Below are positions 7,610-16,584 of a stretch of 44,612 bases of DNA, piece after piece. Each line of letters opens with the position of its first letter. Within the stretch, counting starts at the first letter, position 1. This stretch comes from Escherichia phage vb_EcoS_bov22_1, in sequence record NC_073084.1; one strand, given 5' to 3'. Under the pieces are notes generated by a model. That model saw only the letters and a program-made list of their open reading frames with translations. It was not told the origin of the DNA and searched no databases. The translations under genes and the position numbers were made by a program.

Positions 7610-9030
7610 TTGCGCGCCTTTTTAGCTTTCATGTATTCCATCAAATCGTCCTGAATATCTCGCTTACTGTCACGACGCTCGGCGACCAATTCGTCCAGTG
7701 TCCCGCGCGCCTGGATAATGTAGACGAATACAGGTCTAGGGTGTCCGGCCTGCATCTGGCGAACCGGCCCGATACGTTCAACGATCTGCGAAAAGTGCTC
7801 AAAGTTCCAGGTATCAGAGAAGATTGCCAGGTGATGACCGCCGTCCTGCAAGTTAAGGCCGTGGCCCGCCGATGCCGGGTGTGCAAACATGATGGGGATC
7901 TCGCCCCTGTTCCACGCTTCCATATCCTTATTGCCCTGCTTACCCTTACCCAACGCAACGCCGTGCGGGAATTTCTTCTTGAGACGCGCCAGATCATGCT
8001 TGTACTGGTATGCGACGAGCAACGGTGCGCCGTTCAACTCCTCCACGATACTTTCCAGCGCGTCCAGTTTAGCGTCGTGAATTTTCACCCATTCATCGGT
8101 GCGCTCGCCGTCTTCGTCGACTTTATACACGGCCCCCGAAGCAAGCTGAAGGCACTTAATTGTCTTCGATGCCGCGTTCGCCGCCTCCACTGTTCCGCTT
8201 TCCAGTTCGGCAAATAGCTCGCTTTCAAACTGGTCATAAATCTTGCGCGCTTTCTTCGGCAGGTCCACGACAACCGGAGTATAGATTGGCTTGTCGCACC
8301 CGAAGTATTCAGCCGCGTCAACGGTTAGGGATACATCAGACAGGCGTTGTTGTATTTCTTTCTCAGAGTTCTTTAGCGGGGCGTGCTGCATAGTGAAGCT
8401 GCCAGGCTTAACAGGCTTGCTAATGAACCAGCGATCGGTAAACGCCTTATAGCTACTGCCGAGGCGTTCGCCACCGTCGACAAACCACGTCTGACCCCAT
8501 AAGTCTTTCAGCCCGTTTGGCGCTGGTGTGCCGGTCAGGTTAATCCAGCGCTTGACGTGCTTATGTGCGATCGCCGCCAGTGCGCGTGCGCGCTTACTAC
8601 CCTGCTTGCTTCGGTAGCCTTTCAGCTTAGTCGATTCATCGGCAACAACGACCGTAAAGGGCCATGCATCGCCGTAATAGTCAACCAGCCACTCAACCAC
8701 ATCATAGTTAACACAAACCACGTTAGCGTCGCTCTCAAGCGCTGCGATACGGTCCTTCTCCGGCCCAGTGCCGTCTACGACCAGTAGGGATGAGAACCGC
8801 CATTTCTCCTGCTCCGGGGGCCATGTACCTGACGCGACACGCAGCGGGGCCAGCACCAGTACGCGGTCCTCATGATGGGACAGGACGCCAGTCTGGAACA
8901 TTTTATTCAGCGCCCACATTGTCGCGCCGGTTTTACCGGATCCCATTGTCGCCCAGATATTACATCGCTTATGCTTGAGGATGAACGCGGTTATCAACTT
9001 CTGATATTCGCGGCGTCGGAATCGTGCCAT
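7606..9030 (-). CDS. SNF2/DEAD-like DNA helicase
   Basis: Walker A MGSGKTGA, Walker B/DEAD-like VVADESTK, LTGTP, helicase motif VI-like AGHGLNLQ; start chosen at ATG 9030 (MARFRR), immediately after the upstream stop. Confidence 0.8.
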   Translation of the reverse strand: MARFRRREYQKLITAFILKHKRCNIWATMGSGKTGATMWALNKMFQTGVLSHHEDRVLVLAPLRVASGTWPPEQEKWRFSSLLVVDGTGPEKDRIAALESDANVVCVNYDVVEWLVDYYGDAWPFTVVVADESTKLKGYRSKQGSKRARALAAIAHKHVKRWINLTGTPAPNGLKDLWGQTWFVDGGERLGSSYKAFTDRWFISKPVKPGSFTMQHAPLKNSEKEIQQRLSDVSLTVDAAEYFGCDKPIYTPVVVDLPKKARKIYDQFESELFAELESGTVEAANAASKTIKCLQLASGAVYKVDEDGERTDEWVKIHDAKLDALESIVEELNGAPLLVAYQYKHDLARLKKKFPHGVALGKGKQGNKDMEAWNRGEIPIMFAHPASAGHGLNLQDGGHHLAIFSDTWNFEHFSQIVERIGPVRQMQAGHPRPVFVYIIQARGTLDELVAERRDSKRDIQDDLMEYMKAKKARK

Positions 9031-9034
9031 TTCT

Positions 9035-9253
9035 TTATTCCGCCTTTTTCCAGACTTCGGTTTCACTGTTCCAGTTCCTTTTTGTAGCGTCGTAGTTGGT
9101 GGCGTGTCCGATGTGCACACCGGTAGCCCGGAAGCTCTTAAATTTTTGCCAGCACACCGTCAACGGCAGCGGATCATTCATGCCCGCAATAAACCATACG
9201 CGATCGCCCGGTTTACATTCGCCCAGCTTGGTGAGTCGGTAATGTTCTTTCAT
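9035..9253 (-). CDS. hypothetical protein
   Basis: 72 aa from ATG 9253 with GGAG RBS; preceded by a hairpin plus U-run. Confidence 0.5.
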   Translation of the reverse strand: MKEHYRLTKLGECKPGDRVWFIAGMNDPLPLTVCWQKFKSFRATGVHIGHATNYDATKRNWNSETEVWKKAE

Positions 9254-9265
9254 CGTCATGTCTCC

Positions 9266-9289
9266 CAAAAATGGCGGGACAAGCCCGCC
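9266..9289 (-). terminator. intercistronic terminator/attenuator hairpin (minus strand)
   Basis: Minus strand GGCGGGC-UUGU-CCCGCC followed by AUUUUUG, just upstream of the next RBS. Confidence 0.4.
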
Positions 9290-9296
9290 GTATTAA

Positions 9297-9470
9297 TTAT
9301 TTTTGTTCTGCACGGTAGCGGCGCTGCCGTTCGCGCTCTTTCTTATTGCGGCACGATTTGCACTCTGCCCGATGCCCGTCTGGACTGCGCGCAGTTTTAC
9401 CGGTGTATTTGTGGAACTGGGATAGCGGCTTGACACAGCCGCAATTACTACAACGTTTTTCTTCAATCAT
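9297..9470 (-). CDS. small zinc-ribbon protein with basic C-terminus
   Basis: 57 aa from ATG 9470 (GAGGA RBS); C-x2-C ... C-x2-C; C-terminal KKERERQRRYR. Confidence 0.5.
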   Translation of the reverse strand: MIEEKRCSNCGCVKPLSQFHKYTGKTARSPDGHRAECKSCRNKKERERQRRYRAEQK

Positions 9471-9501
9471 CTCTAAAATCCTCGATATGGCTAACCGGCA
9501 C

Positions 9502-9530
9502 ACTATACCGCTATGCGACCAATTCAGCAA
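9502..9530 (-). promoter_or_regulatory. sigma70-like promoter (minus strand) overlapping motif copies
   Basis: Minus strand TTGCTG-17 nt-TATAGT upstream of the zinc-ribbon gene; embedded in the 3' end of the VRR-NUC ORF. Confidence 0.4.
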
Positions 9531-9789
9531 CCAATAAATCGCAGTCGGATATGTTGTCGATAACGCGAACGTCAGCACCGCGGCGGGCCATTCGCTCATG
9601 TTCACGTACCTGGTGCGGCTTCGGTTTTCCTCCGGGGCGCTTCACTTCGACGAACACTATTTTGCCGTTGATGATAATAATCAGGTCGGGCGCACCCGCG
9701 CGCCCCTCCCATGCCAGTTTTCGGCAGAATCCGCCGACCTCTTTCACCCGTTTCATCAGGTGACTTTGAATCTTGCCTTCCGGTGTCAT
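9511..9789 (-). CDS. VRR-NUC domain nuclease
   Basis: DLIIIINGKIVFVEVKRPGGK (D ... E-V-K core); start at ATG 9789 (MTPEGK), overlapping the polymerase stop; the longer track ORF would overlap the polymerase gene. Confidence 0.7.
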   Translation of the reverse strand: MTPEGKIQSHLMKRVKEVGGFCRKLAWEGRAGAPDLIIIINGKIVFVEVKRPGGKPKPHQVREHERMARRGADVRVIDNISDCDLLVAELVA

Positions 9790-12080
9790 CACTTCCTGTA
9801 CCTGTACATGATGTCGCCTTCGGCGGCAAGTGGGAAGCCTTTCGCCCAAACAGGCAGGTCGCACATCAGCGCGCACAACTCCTCGGTTGTGTAGTCGTCA
9901 GTATCCGGCACTTCGGTTATCAGTTCATCGTGTACGGACAGTACGATCTCATATCCCGCAGCTTCAACGCCAGGCATGGACCATGCGAGGATATCGCGAC
10001 ACAGCGCCTGTACGATGTTTTCCGTGAGTTTGCCGCCGTAGGTGTACTGGAAGCCCCACTGGCGCGTCGTCTGATTCTCACCCTGATATTTAATGCGGGT
10101 GCTGGTGCGCTTCTTGCCGGTGTCTTCGTCAATCTCGGTCGTGACAGACAGCCCGATGCCTGGGTAGCTCATGATGCGCCCCGACGGCAACTCAATTTTC
10201 AACCACCACCCCGCGGCGTTCGGGTCGTCGCGCTCCTCGTCGAAGGTTGGGTCGTGCTTCGCCTTCGTGCGCACAATCTTGAGCGCTTTCCTACCGTCCG
10301 GGCGAACGTTAGCGCCCGCCCAGTATGCTTTGCCCGGATTGCGGATTGCGCACAACACCGCGTCCTCAAGCTCGGCCCAAAAGGCTACCGTCTTCGGGTG
10401 AGCCTCACGCCACATACGTTTGATCGCGTCACAGGTAAGCCATACGTTTTTCGGCAGTATGTAGGTTGGGCGCTCATCCTTCTTGCCAGGCTTCGGCGGG
10501 CGCTTAGCTTCGTTAATGCGGGCGTACTCATAACCGCGTTTCGCCGCCGCCCAAATGTGATCCGGGAATGTACCCTTCATCACGTCCGCCATAGTGTAAA
10601 GGTCGAGGCCCAGGTTTTTAGCGAACTGCAAGAACGCCGCGACGCCGCCACCATAGCCCAGTCCCAATTCACACGCCTTTCCGATCTGGCGTAAGTCTTT
10701 GCGGTTGGCTTTGATGTAATCCGGGTCAAGGCCGAACATCTTACCGGCAGTCTCGCAGTAAATATCGCGGCCCGCCTTAAACACCATGAGCGCTGTTTTC
10801 TCGCCCGCGATCCAGGCAAGTCCACGCCCTTCCACGTTGGAGTAGTCCGCTACGACAAACTTCTTGCCCTTAGCCGGGATAATGCACCCGCGAACGGTCG
10901 AGGCTGTTAGCTTAGATATGTCATACGCCCAGTGCGCGGTCCCGCGTAACAGGGAATTGATGCCGTTGGTGAGCATGTGCGACCGGACCCAAAAAGCAAC
11001 GTCGCTCTCGCCTTCGCGGCGCTTAATCTTCCCTTCGTGATCGTCGCTATACTCGCCGCGTGCCAGGTTTTGAGGCTGGAAGCCTTTACCCGCCCAGCGC
11101 AGCGTGCGCTTTGCGCCACCATACTGAAGACACCCACGGCGGCGACCGTCGGCAGACAGGCCATTAACGAGCGGATTGTACTTAGTCGATGCCGTTGATG
11201 ACGCGCCGAGGCGCATTTCGATAAGCGCTTTGCCTTCGTCGGGGAAGTCCGGGTCTTCAAGCAGGTCGTTAAGTGTGGATTTCTGCGCGTTGTGGATTGT
11301 GAACGCCGGGGCGATATCACGCAGGATTGGCAGGAAGTCATTGCCTGTCAGTTTACCACCAAATCGCTCCCAGGCTTCCTCCTTCAATTCTTCCTTATGC
11401 GCCTGCACCGCTTTGATCGCGGCGTTCGCCAGGTCAACGTCCACATAGAAGCCGCGGTCGTTGATCAACTGGTCGATAAGCAGGATTTCATCTTCCTTCG
11501 GGGTATTACCCCAGTCCGGTATGCGCCAGTAGACCTCCCGCATCGCGATAATATCCAGCGCGGCATATCGCAGAAATTTGGCCCATTCTTCAGGGTGAGT
11601 CTCGCGAGTGTAGCGGCGTATTTTGTAGGTCTTAGGGGTAGGCTTACAGAATCGTTTGATCAGCGCCTTGCCTGCCTTATCCTTCGCGTGCTCTGCGTCA
11701 ACGCCCAGCACCTGACACTGCATATCGAGGCTACCCGGCAGCGCGTGCCGAAAGGCCATAATCATGGTATCTTCGATCTGGCTTACCGGCAGGTCGATTC
11801 CCCACTTCTCACGGATAACCAGGCGGTCAAACAGGAGGCCGTTAGCCATCACGATTTTTGCTTTCTTGCGGGATACCTGACGGAGCGCCTTGCGCAGTTC
11901 ACGCGGCATTGTTGGGGATTCAGTGGCATCCCATGTCTGCACGCGGCCTTCGTCGATGGCGTAGGTGCAAATCATAATCTCGGTGGTTGGGTGCTCTGCG
12001 TAGGCGTACGCCCCTACTTTCTTCAGGTCAACCCCGCTGAATGTCTCGGTGTCGAGAAACAAGCGTTCGAAGTCTTTCAT
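9789..12080 (-). CDS. family A DNA polymerase with 3'-5' exonuclease domain
   Basis: Exo I LFLDTETFS; pol motif A DYSNVEGR, motif B RQIGKACELGLGYGGG, motif C VHDE; GAGGA RBS before ATG 12080. Confidence 0.9.
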   Translation of the reverse strand: MKDFERLFLDTETFSGVDLKKVGAYAYAEHPTTEIMICTYAIDEGRVQTWDATESPTMPRELRKALRQVSRKKAKIVMANGLLFDRLVIREKWGIDLPVSQIEDTMIMAFRHALPGSLDMQCQVLGVDAEHAKDKAGKALIKRFCKPTPKTYKIRRYTRETHPEEWAKFLRYAALDIIAMREVYWRIPDWGNTPKEDEILLIDQLINDRGFYVDVDLANAAIKAVQAHKEELKEEAWERFGGKLTGNDFLPILRDIAPAFTIHNAQKSTLNDLLEDPDFPDEGKALIEMRLGASSTASTKYNPLVNGLSADGRRRGCLQYGGAKRTLRWAGKGFQPQNLARGEYSDDHEGKIKRREGESDVAFWVRSHMLTNGINSLLRGTAHWAYDISKLTASTVRGCIIPAKGKKFVVADYSNVEGRGLAWIAGEKTALMVFKAGRDIYCETAGKMFGLDPDYIKANRKDLRQIGKACELGLGYGGGVAAFLQFAKNLGLDLYTMADVMKGTFPDHIWAAAKRGYEYARINEAKRPPKPGKKDERPTYILPKNVWLTCDAIKRMWREAHPKTVAFWAELEDAVLCAIRNPGKAYWAGANVRPDGRKALKIVRTKAKHDPTFDEERDDPNAAGWWLKIELPSGRIMSYPGIGLSVTTEIDEDTGKKRTSTRIKYQGENQTTRQWGFQYTYGGKLTENIVQALCRDILAWSMPGVEAAGYEIVLSVHDELITEVPDTDDYTTEELCALMCDLPVWAKGFPLAAEGDIMYRYRK

Positions 12081-12247
12081 TGCTTTATCCTCACTACGGC
12101 GTCAGCGCTGCCGATCATGGAGAAGATGCCGTCGGACAGGGCGATCTCTTCTCCATTGTTGCGAATCTCGGCAACTGTGAAATACTCGCCCAGCAATTTG
12201 GACCATACCTGCATTCCGACTTTTACTTCGCTGGCTTTAATACGCAT
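12077..12247 (-). CDS. small hypothetical protein, coupled to the polymerase gene
   Basis: ORF of about 55 aa (below the track size cut-off); AGGA RBS; its TGA overlaps the polymerase ATG. Confidence 0.35.
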   Translation of the reverse strand: MRIKASEVKVGMQVWSKLLGEYFTVAEIRNNGEEIALSDGIFSMIGSADAVVRIKQ

Positions 12248-12260
12248 TTTTCATTGTCCT

Positions 12261-12287
12261 ATTAAAAAGCCCGCATTAAGCGGGCTT
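12261..12287 (-). terminator. rho-independent terminator (minus strand)
   Basis: Minus strand AAGCCCGC-UUAAU-GCGGGCUU followed by U-rich tract, after the SSB stop. Confidence 0.5.
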
Positions 12288-12305
12288 GAATAGTGGGCTT
12301 TGCCC

Positions 12306-13088
12306 TTAACGGCGGCGACGTTTACGTGGCGCTTCGTCTTCGTCGTCGTCCTCATCTTCGTCATCGCGTGGCTTACGACGTTTGCGAGGTTTTTCATCTT
12401 CCTCATCGTCGTCGTCATCGCGGCGCTTGGATTTCTTGGACTTGCGCGGCTTGTCATCTTCATCATCGTCATCACGACGTTTTGACTTTTTGGACTTGCG
12501 CGGTGCTTCGTCTTCGTCGTCGTTGTCCAGGTCTTCGTCGGAACATGAAGACCCGCCACCTCCGAAGGCTTCGCCGTCTTCACGGAATCGCAGACCCAGC
12601 AAGCCAGCCCCGAGACCCTTGCCGTTGGTATTGTTCCACGCCCAGATATCAAGGGACACGTTGCAATAACAACCGGAGTAGATCTCCTGGCCGTCAATCT
12701 CGTCGCCGTCGATGGTCAGACCTTGTTCGGTCTGCTTCTCGCCGAGTGACGTTTGAATGATAGGCTGTTTGAACGATTTGGCGTTGATATACAACATGCC
12801 TTCGAATTCTTCGGTCACTTCGTCACGCTCGTCACCGTCGCGGACTGCGCATTCCTTAGAATCCTGGGCGTAGTGGCGGTCCATCCACTTATCGGCATTC
12901 TTCTCGGATTTCAGCTTGTCGGTGAGCACTGCGCGCGCTGCCGCTTCCACTTTGTCCACCTGCGGATCTTCTTTATCCAGAAGAATCACGGCACGGTATG
13001 CCGGTTTTTGTCCATCCTGTTTAGGGGTATCACGTTCCCAGATTTTCAGGAAGCATACGCGCACATTTTTCAGGTTGACTTTAGCCAT
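12306..13088 (-). CDS. single-strand DNA-binding protein (phage type) with long acidic/basic repeat tail
   Basis: ATG 13088 (MAKVNLKN) with GAGGAA RBS; OB-fold-like body ending in DGEAFGGG; C-terminal repeats DDDDEDDKPRKSKKSKRR; usual partner of the RecB-like nuclease and polymerase A in phage replication modules. Confidence 0.6.
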   Translation of the reverse strand: MAKVNLKNVRVCFLKIWERDTPKQDGQKPAYRAVILLDKEDPQVDKVEAAARAVLTDKLKSEKNADKWMDRHYAQDSKECAVRDGDERDEVTEEFEGMLYINAKSFKQPIIQTSLGEKQTEQGLTIDGDEIDGQEIYSGCYCNVSLDIWAWNNTNGKGLGAGLLGLRFREDGEAFGGGGSSCSDEDLDNDDEDEAPRKSKKSKRRDDDDEDDKPRKSKKSKRRDDDDDEEDEKPRKRRKPRDDEDEDDDEDEAPRKRRRR

Positions 13089-13178
13089 TTTCCAATTCCT
13101 CATTTTCACATGTATCGGGGTTATTGGAAGCCACCCCGTTCGGCTTGGTTGCCAATTTACTTGGTTGCGCCTGAGCGG

Positions 13179-13421
13179 TCAAGCATTTTCATTAAAAAGA
13201 TTTCTGGTCACGTAGTTGGTCGCGTTCTCGATCCAGCTTAACGGCGGGCGGTTGATGTTCTTCTCCACCCAATCGACGGCAGCTTCGCTATAGCCGTCAT
13301 CCAGCCAGCGGGTCGGATGTCGAATCATCCACGCCACCATTAACACGCCTTGCACGCAATGCAGGATAAAGCCCAGCGCGCCGAGCAAAAACATCAATAA
13401 GATTGCGAATACTTTATTCAT
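13179..13421 (-). CDS. small membrane protein
   Basis: 80 aa with two hydrophobic segments; GAGGA RBS; overlaps the 3' end of the nuclease gene. Confidence 0.5.
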   Translation of the reverse strand: MNKVFAILLMFLLGALGFILHCVQGVLMVAWMIRHPTRWLDDGYSEAAVDWVEKNINRPPLSWIENATNYVTRNLFNENA

Positions 13422-14844
13422 TACTTAAGTCCTCGTCGGTAGCTTCAGACCACGCAGGGCGCGGGTCGTCGATTGGTGCTAATACCGGTTTTGCCGGTGC
13501 GCGCGTGATTTTATCACACAACTTCGCCCACACTTTCGGCTTCTCGTCCTTCAATACCTTCTCGGCATCAGTAGGGCTGAGTAATGTTTCTTTGTACATA
13601 ACATCGCGCTTGATCCGGGCCTTCGTGAAGATCTCAATCACTTCGCTCTCGTCCGCCCACTTGCGGATTCCTTCCTTACCGGCAACCATCTTGAGGCCCA
13701 GCGATTCGCCATCACCCGCCATTACGGCCTTGAACACCGCGGACTCGATAGCCTTGATGTGCTGGCGCATTGCGTCAAGACCTTCATATGCCTTGCGCAG
13801 TTCCGCCGCGCTCATAGCGCCGGGGGCCGCTTCTTTCTTGCCACGCTTCGCACGTCGTGCCGCTTTGCGGGCTTCGCGGGCCATATTGCGGTCGTGATTG
13901 GCGCATTCTTCCTCTGTCGCAATACTCACGTCGTCGCCCAGGTCTTCGTCTGTTGCCGTTGGTTGGGTCATCGTGTCGATTGCGGCCTTAGCGCGGGCGC
14001 TACACTGATCCGCAAATCGGCACCACTGGCACGCATCAACGCTCGGTCGGAAGTCGGCACGGGTGAGTCCCTTTTTGCCGCGGGCGTACGCCTCCAGGGC
14101 GGCGATAGCACGCTTGGACGCAAACTTCGCGAATATCTCCAGGGCTTCTACCGAAATATCCCACTCCGACGCCCCGCCGCAATACGGCTGGAAGATAACC
14201 AGGCGCACGGTCGTGATGTCGTACATGGATTGCAGCTTGCGCAGCAGGCCGAGCGCATACAGCATAAGCTGTTTGTTTTCTTTCGCCTCGACCTTATGCC
14301 GCCCCGTCTTCAGGTCGCCAACAATCAGCATGTACGTGCCGTCGGTCTTCTTCATGACCATGACCATATCGGCAGTACCGAACGTCTTAACCCGGTTGCC
14401 GTCGATCTCGAAGCCAGAGTGTAGGACGCGGGTCAGATCGGTGCGCATCTCAAGCTGGACAAACTCCGCCACTTCGAGGAGCGGTCGCCAGTGGTCGACG
14501 TATGCGTCGCACTGTTTCACCATATCGTCGTTGACCAGTACGCCGCCTTTCGGCGCTTTCGGGTGTGCCTTTACCGGTCCCTTTCCTTCGTTCTCGACGT
14601 AGCACCCTTTGTACGTCTTCGCGGTTATCAGCTTCTCACCGGCGATAATGCGGTTTAGCACCACCTCAGATACGGTGTGCATACTCGTACCGTTAATCGC
14701 GGCTTGCCCGGATTCGTTCGGGATATCTTTTTCCACCACCAGGGCGGCTGGGCAACCCATCCATTTTTTAGCTCCGGATGGGCCGAGTAAAGAGTGTTCC
14801 GTGTTGCTACCGGATTGCGTTTTACGTTTTGGTTTAATCGTCAT
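13414..14844 (-). CDS. RecB-family PD-(D/E)xK nuclease, Cas4-like with Cys cluster
   Basis: IVGDLKTG (hhhD-x-K), QLMLYALGL (QxxxY), C-x2-C-x5-C (CQWCRFADQC); 476 aa. Confidence 0.8.
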   Translation of the reverse strand: MTIKPKRKTQSGSNTEHSLLGPSGAKKWMGCPAALVVEKDIPNESGQAAINGTSMHTVSEVVLNRIIAGEKLITAKTYKGCYVENEGKGPVKAHPKAPKGGVLVNDDMVKQCDAYVDHWRPLLEVAEFVQLEMRTDLTRVLHSGFEIDGNRVKTFGTADMVMVMKKTDGTYMLIVGDLKTGRHKVEAKENKQLMLYALGLLRKLQSMYDITTVRLVIFQPYCGGASEWDISVEALEIFAKFASKRAIAALEAYARGKKGLTRADFRPSVDACQWCRFADQCSARAKAAIDTMTQPTATDEDLGDDVSIATEEECANHDRNMAREARKAARRAKRGKKEAAPGAMSAAELRKAYEGLDAMRQHIKAIESAVFKAVMAGDGESLGLKMVAGKEGIRKWADESEVIEIFTKARIKRDVMYKETLLSPTDAEKVLKDEKPKVWAKLCDKITRAPAKPVLAPIDDPRPAWSEATDEDLSNE

Positions 14845-15032
14845 TATTCCACCCTTGAAAATTGAGCAATGTAATAGTCGTGTTTAACATTGGCCCGCTT
14901 CGCGGCTTCGTTCATGGTCGATGCCAGTTCTCGGGCTTGCGTCCAGCAGCAATTCCAGTTTTGATTCATAACAATTTCTGGTTGCTCGTCGCCGGTGATA
15001 CGGCAACGAAATAAAACAAAGAATATAGCCAT
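14844..15032 (-). CDS. small hypothetical protein
   Basis: 62 aa; GGGAGA RBS; coupled on both sides. Confidence 0.45.
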   Translation of the reverse strand: MAIFFVLFRCRITGDEQPEIVMNQNWNCCWTQARELASTMNEAAKRANVKHDYYIAQFSRVE

Positions 15033-15284
15033 TTATTTCGTCTCCCAGCGGTCGATTGTTTTTGCTTCGGATGCAACTGCGAAGCGAACATATTCCAGAT
15101 TGGAATCCGCCCAAATATAAAAGTCGGGGTTAGTAAAGGTGGTGCGCTTAATTTGCGCGGGGGTATTGCGGCGTTTATCTATTACGGCAACGCGTGACTG
15201 AAAGCTGCCGATGCGTTCGAATAGCCAATAGTACGGGCGCTGGTCGCGGGAGTCCACCGCCTCGATTAGCGTGAAGCGTGCCAT
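15033..15284 (-). CDS. hypothetical protein
   Basis: 83 aa; GAGGA RBS before ATG 15284. Confidence 0.5.
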   Translation of the reverse strand: MARFTLIEAVDSRDQRPYYWLFERIGSFQSRVAVIDKRRNTPAQIKRTTFTNPDFYIWADSNLEYVRFAVASEAKTIDRWETK

Positions 15285-15295
15285 TGTCTCGTCCT

Positions 15296-15324
15296 CTAAA
15301 AAGAGGCCCGCAGATTAGCGGGCC
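15296..15324 (-). terminator. intercistronic terminator/attenuator (minus strand)
   Basis: Minus strand GGCCCGC-UAAUCU-GCGGGCC followed by UCUUUUUA. Confidence 0.5.
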
Positions 15325-15332
15325 GGAATATA

Positions 15333-15851
15333 TTAATCTTCCAGTTCGAAATAGGTTTCGACGATTTCTTTTAACTCTGTGTGGAAGTCTTCGACGTCGT
15401 CATCTTCCAGCTTGGCGATTGATTTGATCTCGAACGATTCCAGCAGGTCGTCGAATTCGTCGTTCGCGTCGTCGTCATCACCCCCGGCAATAATAGCGGC
15501 ATACTGTTTGATCTCGTCGCGCATCTCTGCCAGCGGATCGGCATCTTTCTTACCTTTGCCTTTCGCCGGGGCTTTTTTACCCTTCGCAGGTTTTTCGTCT
15601 TCGGCTTCTTCATCGTCGTCATCTTCTACGACTTCTTTTTTGGACTTACCTTTCGCCGGGGCTTTTTTAGATTTAGCCGGTTTTTCGTCTTCGGCTTCAT
15701 CGTCGCCATCTTCGACAACTTCTTTTTTCGCCTTAGACGGCTTCTTGTCTTCCTGTTTACCAACGGCAGCGCCAACGGTTTCATAATGCTTTGCAATGGT
15801 TTCCAGTGCTACTACGCCGCGAGTGATCAGGTTTACGATTTGCTCAAACAT
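15333..15851 (-). CDS. highly acidic protein with Lys-rich tandem repeats; first gene of the leftward early operon (candidate host-takeover or DNA-mimic protein)
   Basis: ATG 15851 with GGAGATATACC RBS (upstream part of the track ORF has no RBS); two ~30-aa repeats KKEVVEDxDDEAEDEKPAKxKKAPAKGKxKK; acidic C-terminus. Confidence 0.65.
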   Translation of the reverse strand: MFEQIVNLITRGVVALETIAKHYETVGAAVGKQEDKKPSKAKKEVVEDGDDEAEDEKPAKSKKAPAKGKSKKEVVEDDDDEEAEDEKPAKGKKAPAKGKGKKDADPLAEMRDEIKQYAAIIAGGDDDDANDEFDDLLESFEIKSIAKLEDDDVEDFHTELKEIVETYFELED

Positions 15852-16088
15852 GGTATATCTCCGATTGGTTAAGTTTAGGTGTCGGCAGTTAACTTCGTCG
15901 GTGGCCTTAACATATTGCCAGGTTACGCGTTCTCCCGTTCGGGTAGTGGACCTGGTTATATAATCACGGTTGGGAATCCTGACACTTCGATCCGGCCCCT
16001 GCGTTGCCCCTCTCCAGTTTGCGTCCTGCATCCTGTCGACGGGGTGAATAATAGATTGGTTGCAGGATGGGTGTCAACAACTAATTTC

Positions 16089-16124
16089 AAAAAAAAAAGC
16101 GCCGAGGCAAAATGCGACGGCGCT
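16089..16124 (-). terminator. rho-independent terminator (minus strand) within the divergent control region
   Basis: Minus strand AGCGCCG-13 nt loop-CGGCGCU followed by U10. Confidence 0.4.
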
Positions 16125-16194
16125 AACCAATAAGAGACAATGAGACGGGAATTATTATTACACGCGTGCGCGCCCGTTTCAATATCCAAAGGAT

Positions 16195-16223
16195 TTGACA
16201 CCGTGCAGTTTTGGGTGTAGTTT
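16195..16223 (+). promoter_or_regulatory. sigma70-like promoter for the rightward genes
   Basis: TTGACA-17 nt-TAGTTT about 30 nt upstream of the 16255 start. Confidence 0.45.
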
Positions 16224-16254
16224 CGTTGGTCATTAACCAACTGAGGGCAGAGCA

Positions 16255-16584
16255 ATGAATGTAAACGACGCAATCGAAATGTTAACGAAGACTGTTTGCA
16301 GTGAGACAAGCCGGTCATGGGCATACACCGATGCCGTAGGGGCTGTGTTATTTGAAATCGAACGACTGCGCAGTATCGAAAAAGAATTGCGCGCCAGGCT
16401 GGAACTACTCAACGGTACAGCAGCAAGCAAGCTGCAAAAACACAATGAAGAAATGGAAGAATACAAAAAGCAGGTTATCCGTTTGCGCGCCGAGGGCAAA
16501 TCCTGGGCGATGATTGCTGAGTTGACCGGAATTAATCAGAGCACAGTTCGCTCCTGGGTACGCAATAATAAAACTTCTAAGTAA
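16255..16584 (+). CDS. helix-turn-helix DNA-binding protein (putative transcriptional regulator)
   Basis: 109 aa; C-terminal SWAMIAELTGINQSTVRSWV HTH; N-terminal coiled coil; first gene of the rightward block. Confidence 0.65.
   Translation: MNVNDAIEMLTKTVCSETSRSWAYTDAVGAVLFEIERLRSIEKELRARLELLNGTAASKLQKHNEEMEEYKKQVIRLRAEGKSWAMIAELTGINQSTVRSWVRNNKTSK

Noticed and set aside
9790-9876. Longer start for the VRR-NUC ORF
   Set aside because: Would overlap the polymerase gene by 87 nt; the internal ATG at 9789 gives classic stop-start coupling.
12382-12669. Poly-serine ORF
   Set aside because: Antisense to the SSB repeat tail; an artefact of GA/TC-rich tandem repeats.
13144-13169. Motif pair CTTGGTTGC x2 as a promoter for the adjacent minus-strand gene
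   Set aside because: Orientation is opposite to the other promoter-associated copies and no -10 element is found in the right place; kept only as a member of the motif family.
15379-15786. Ser-rich plus-strand ORF
   Set aside because: Antisense to the acidic repeat protein gene; repeat-driven artefact.
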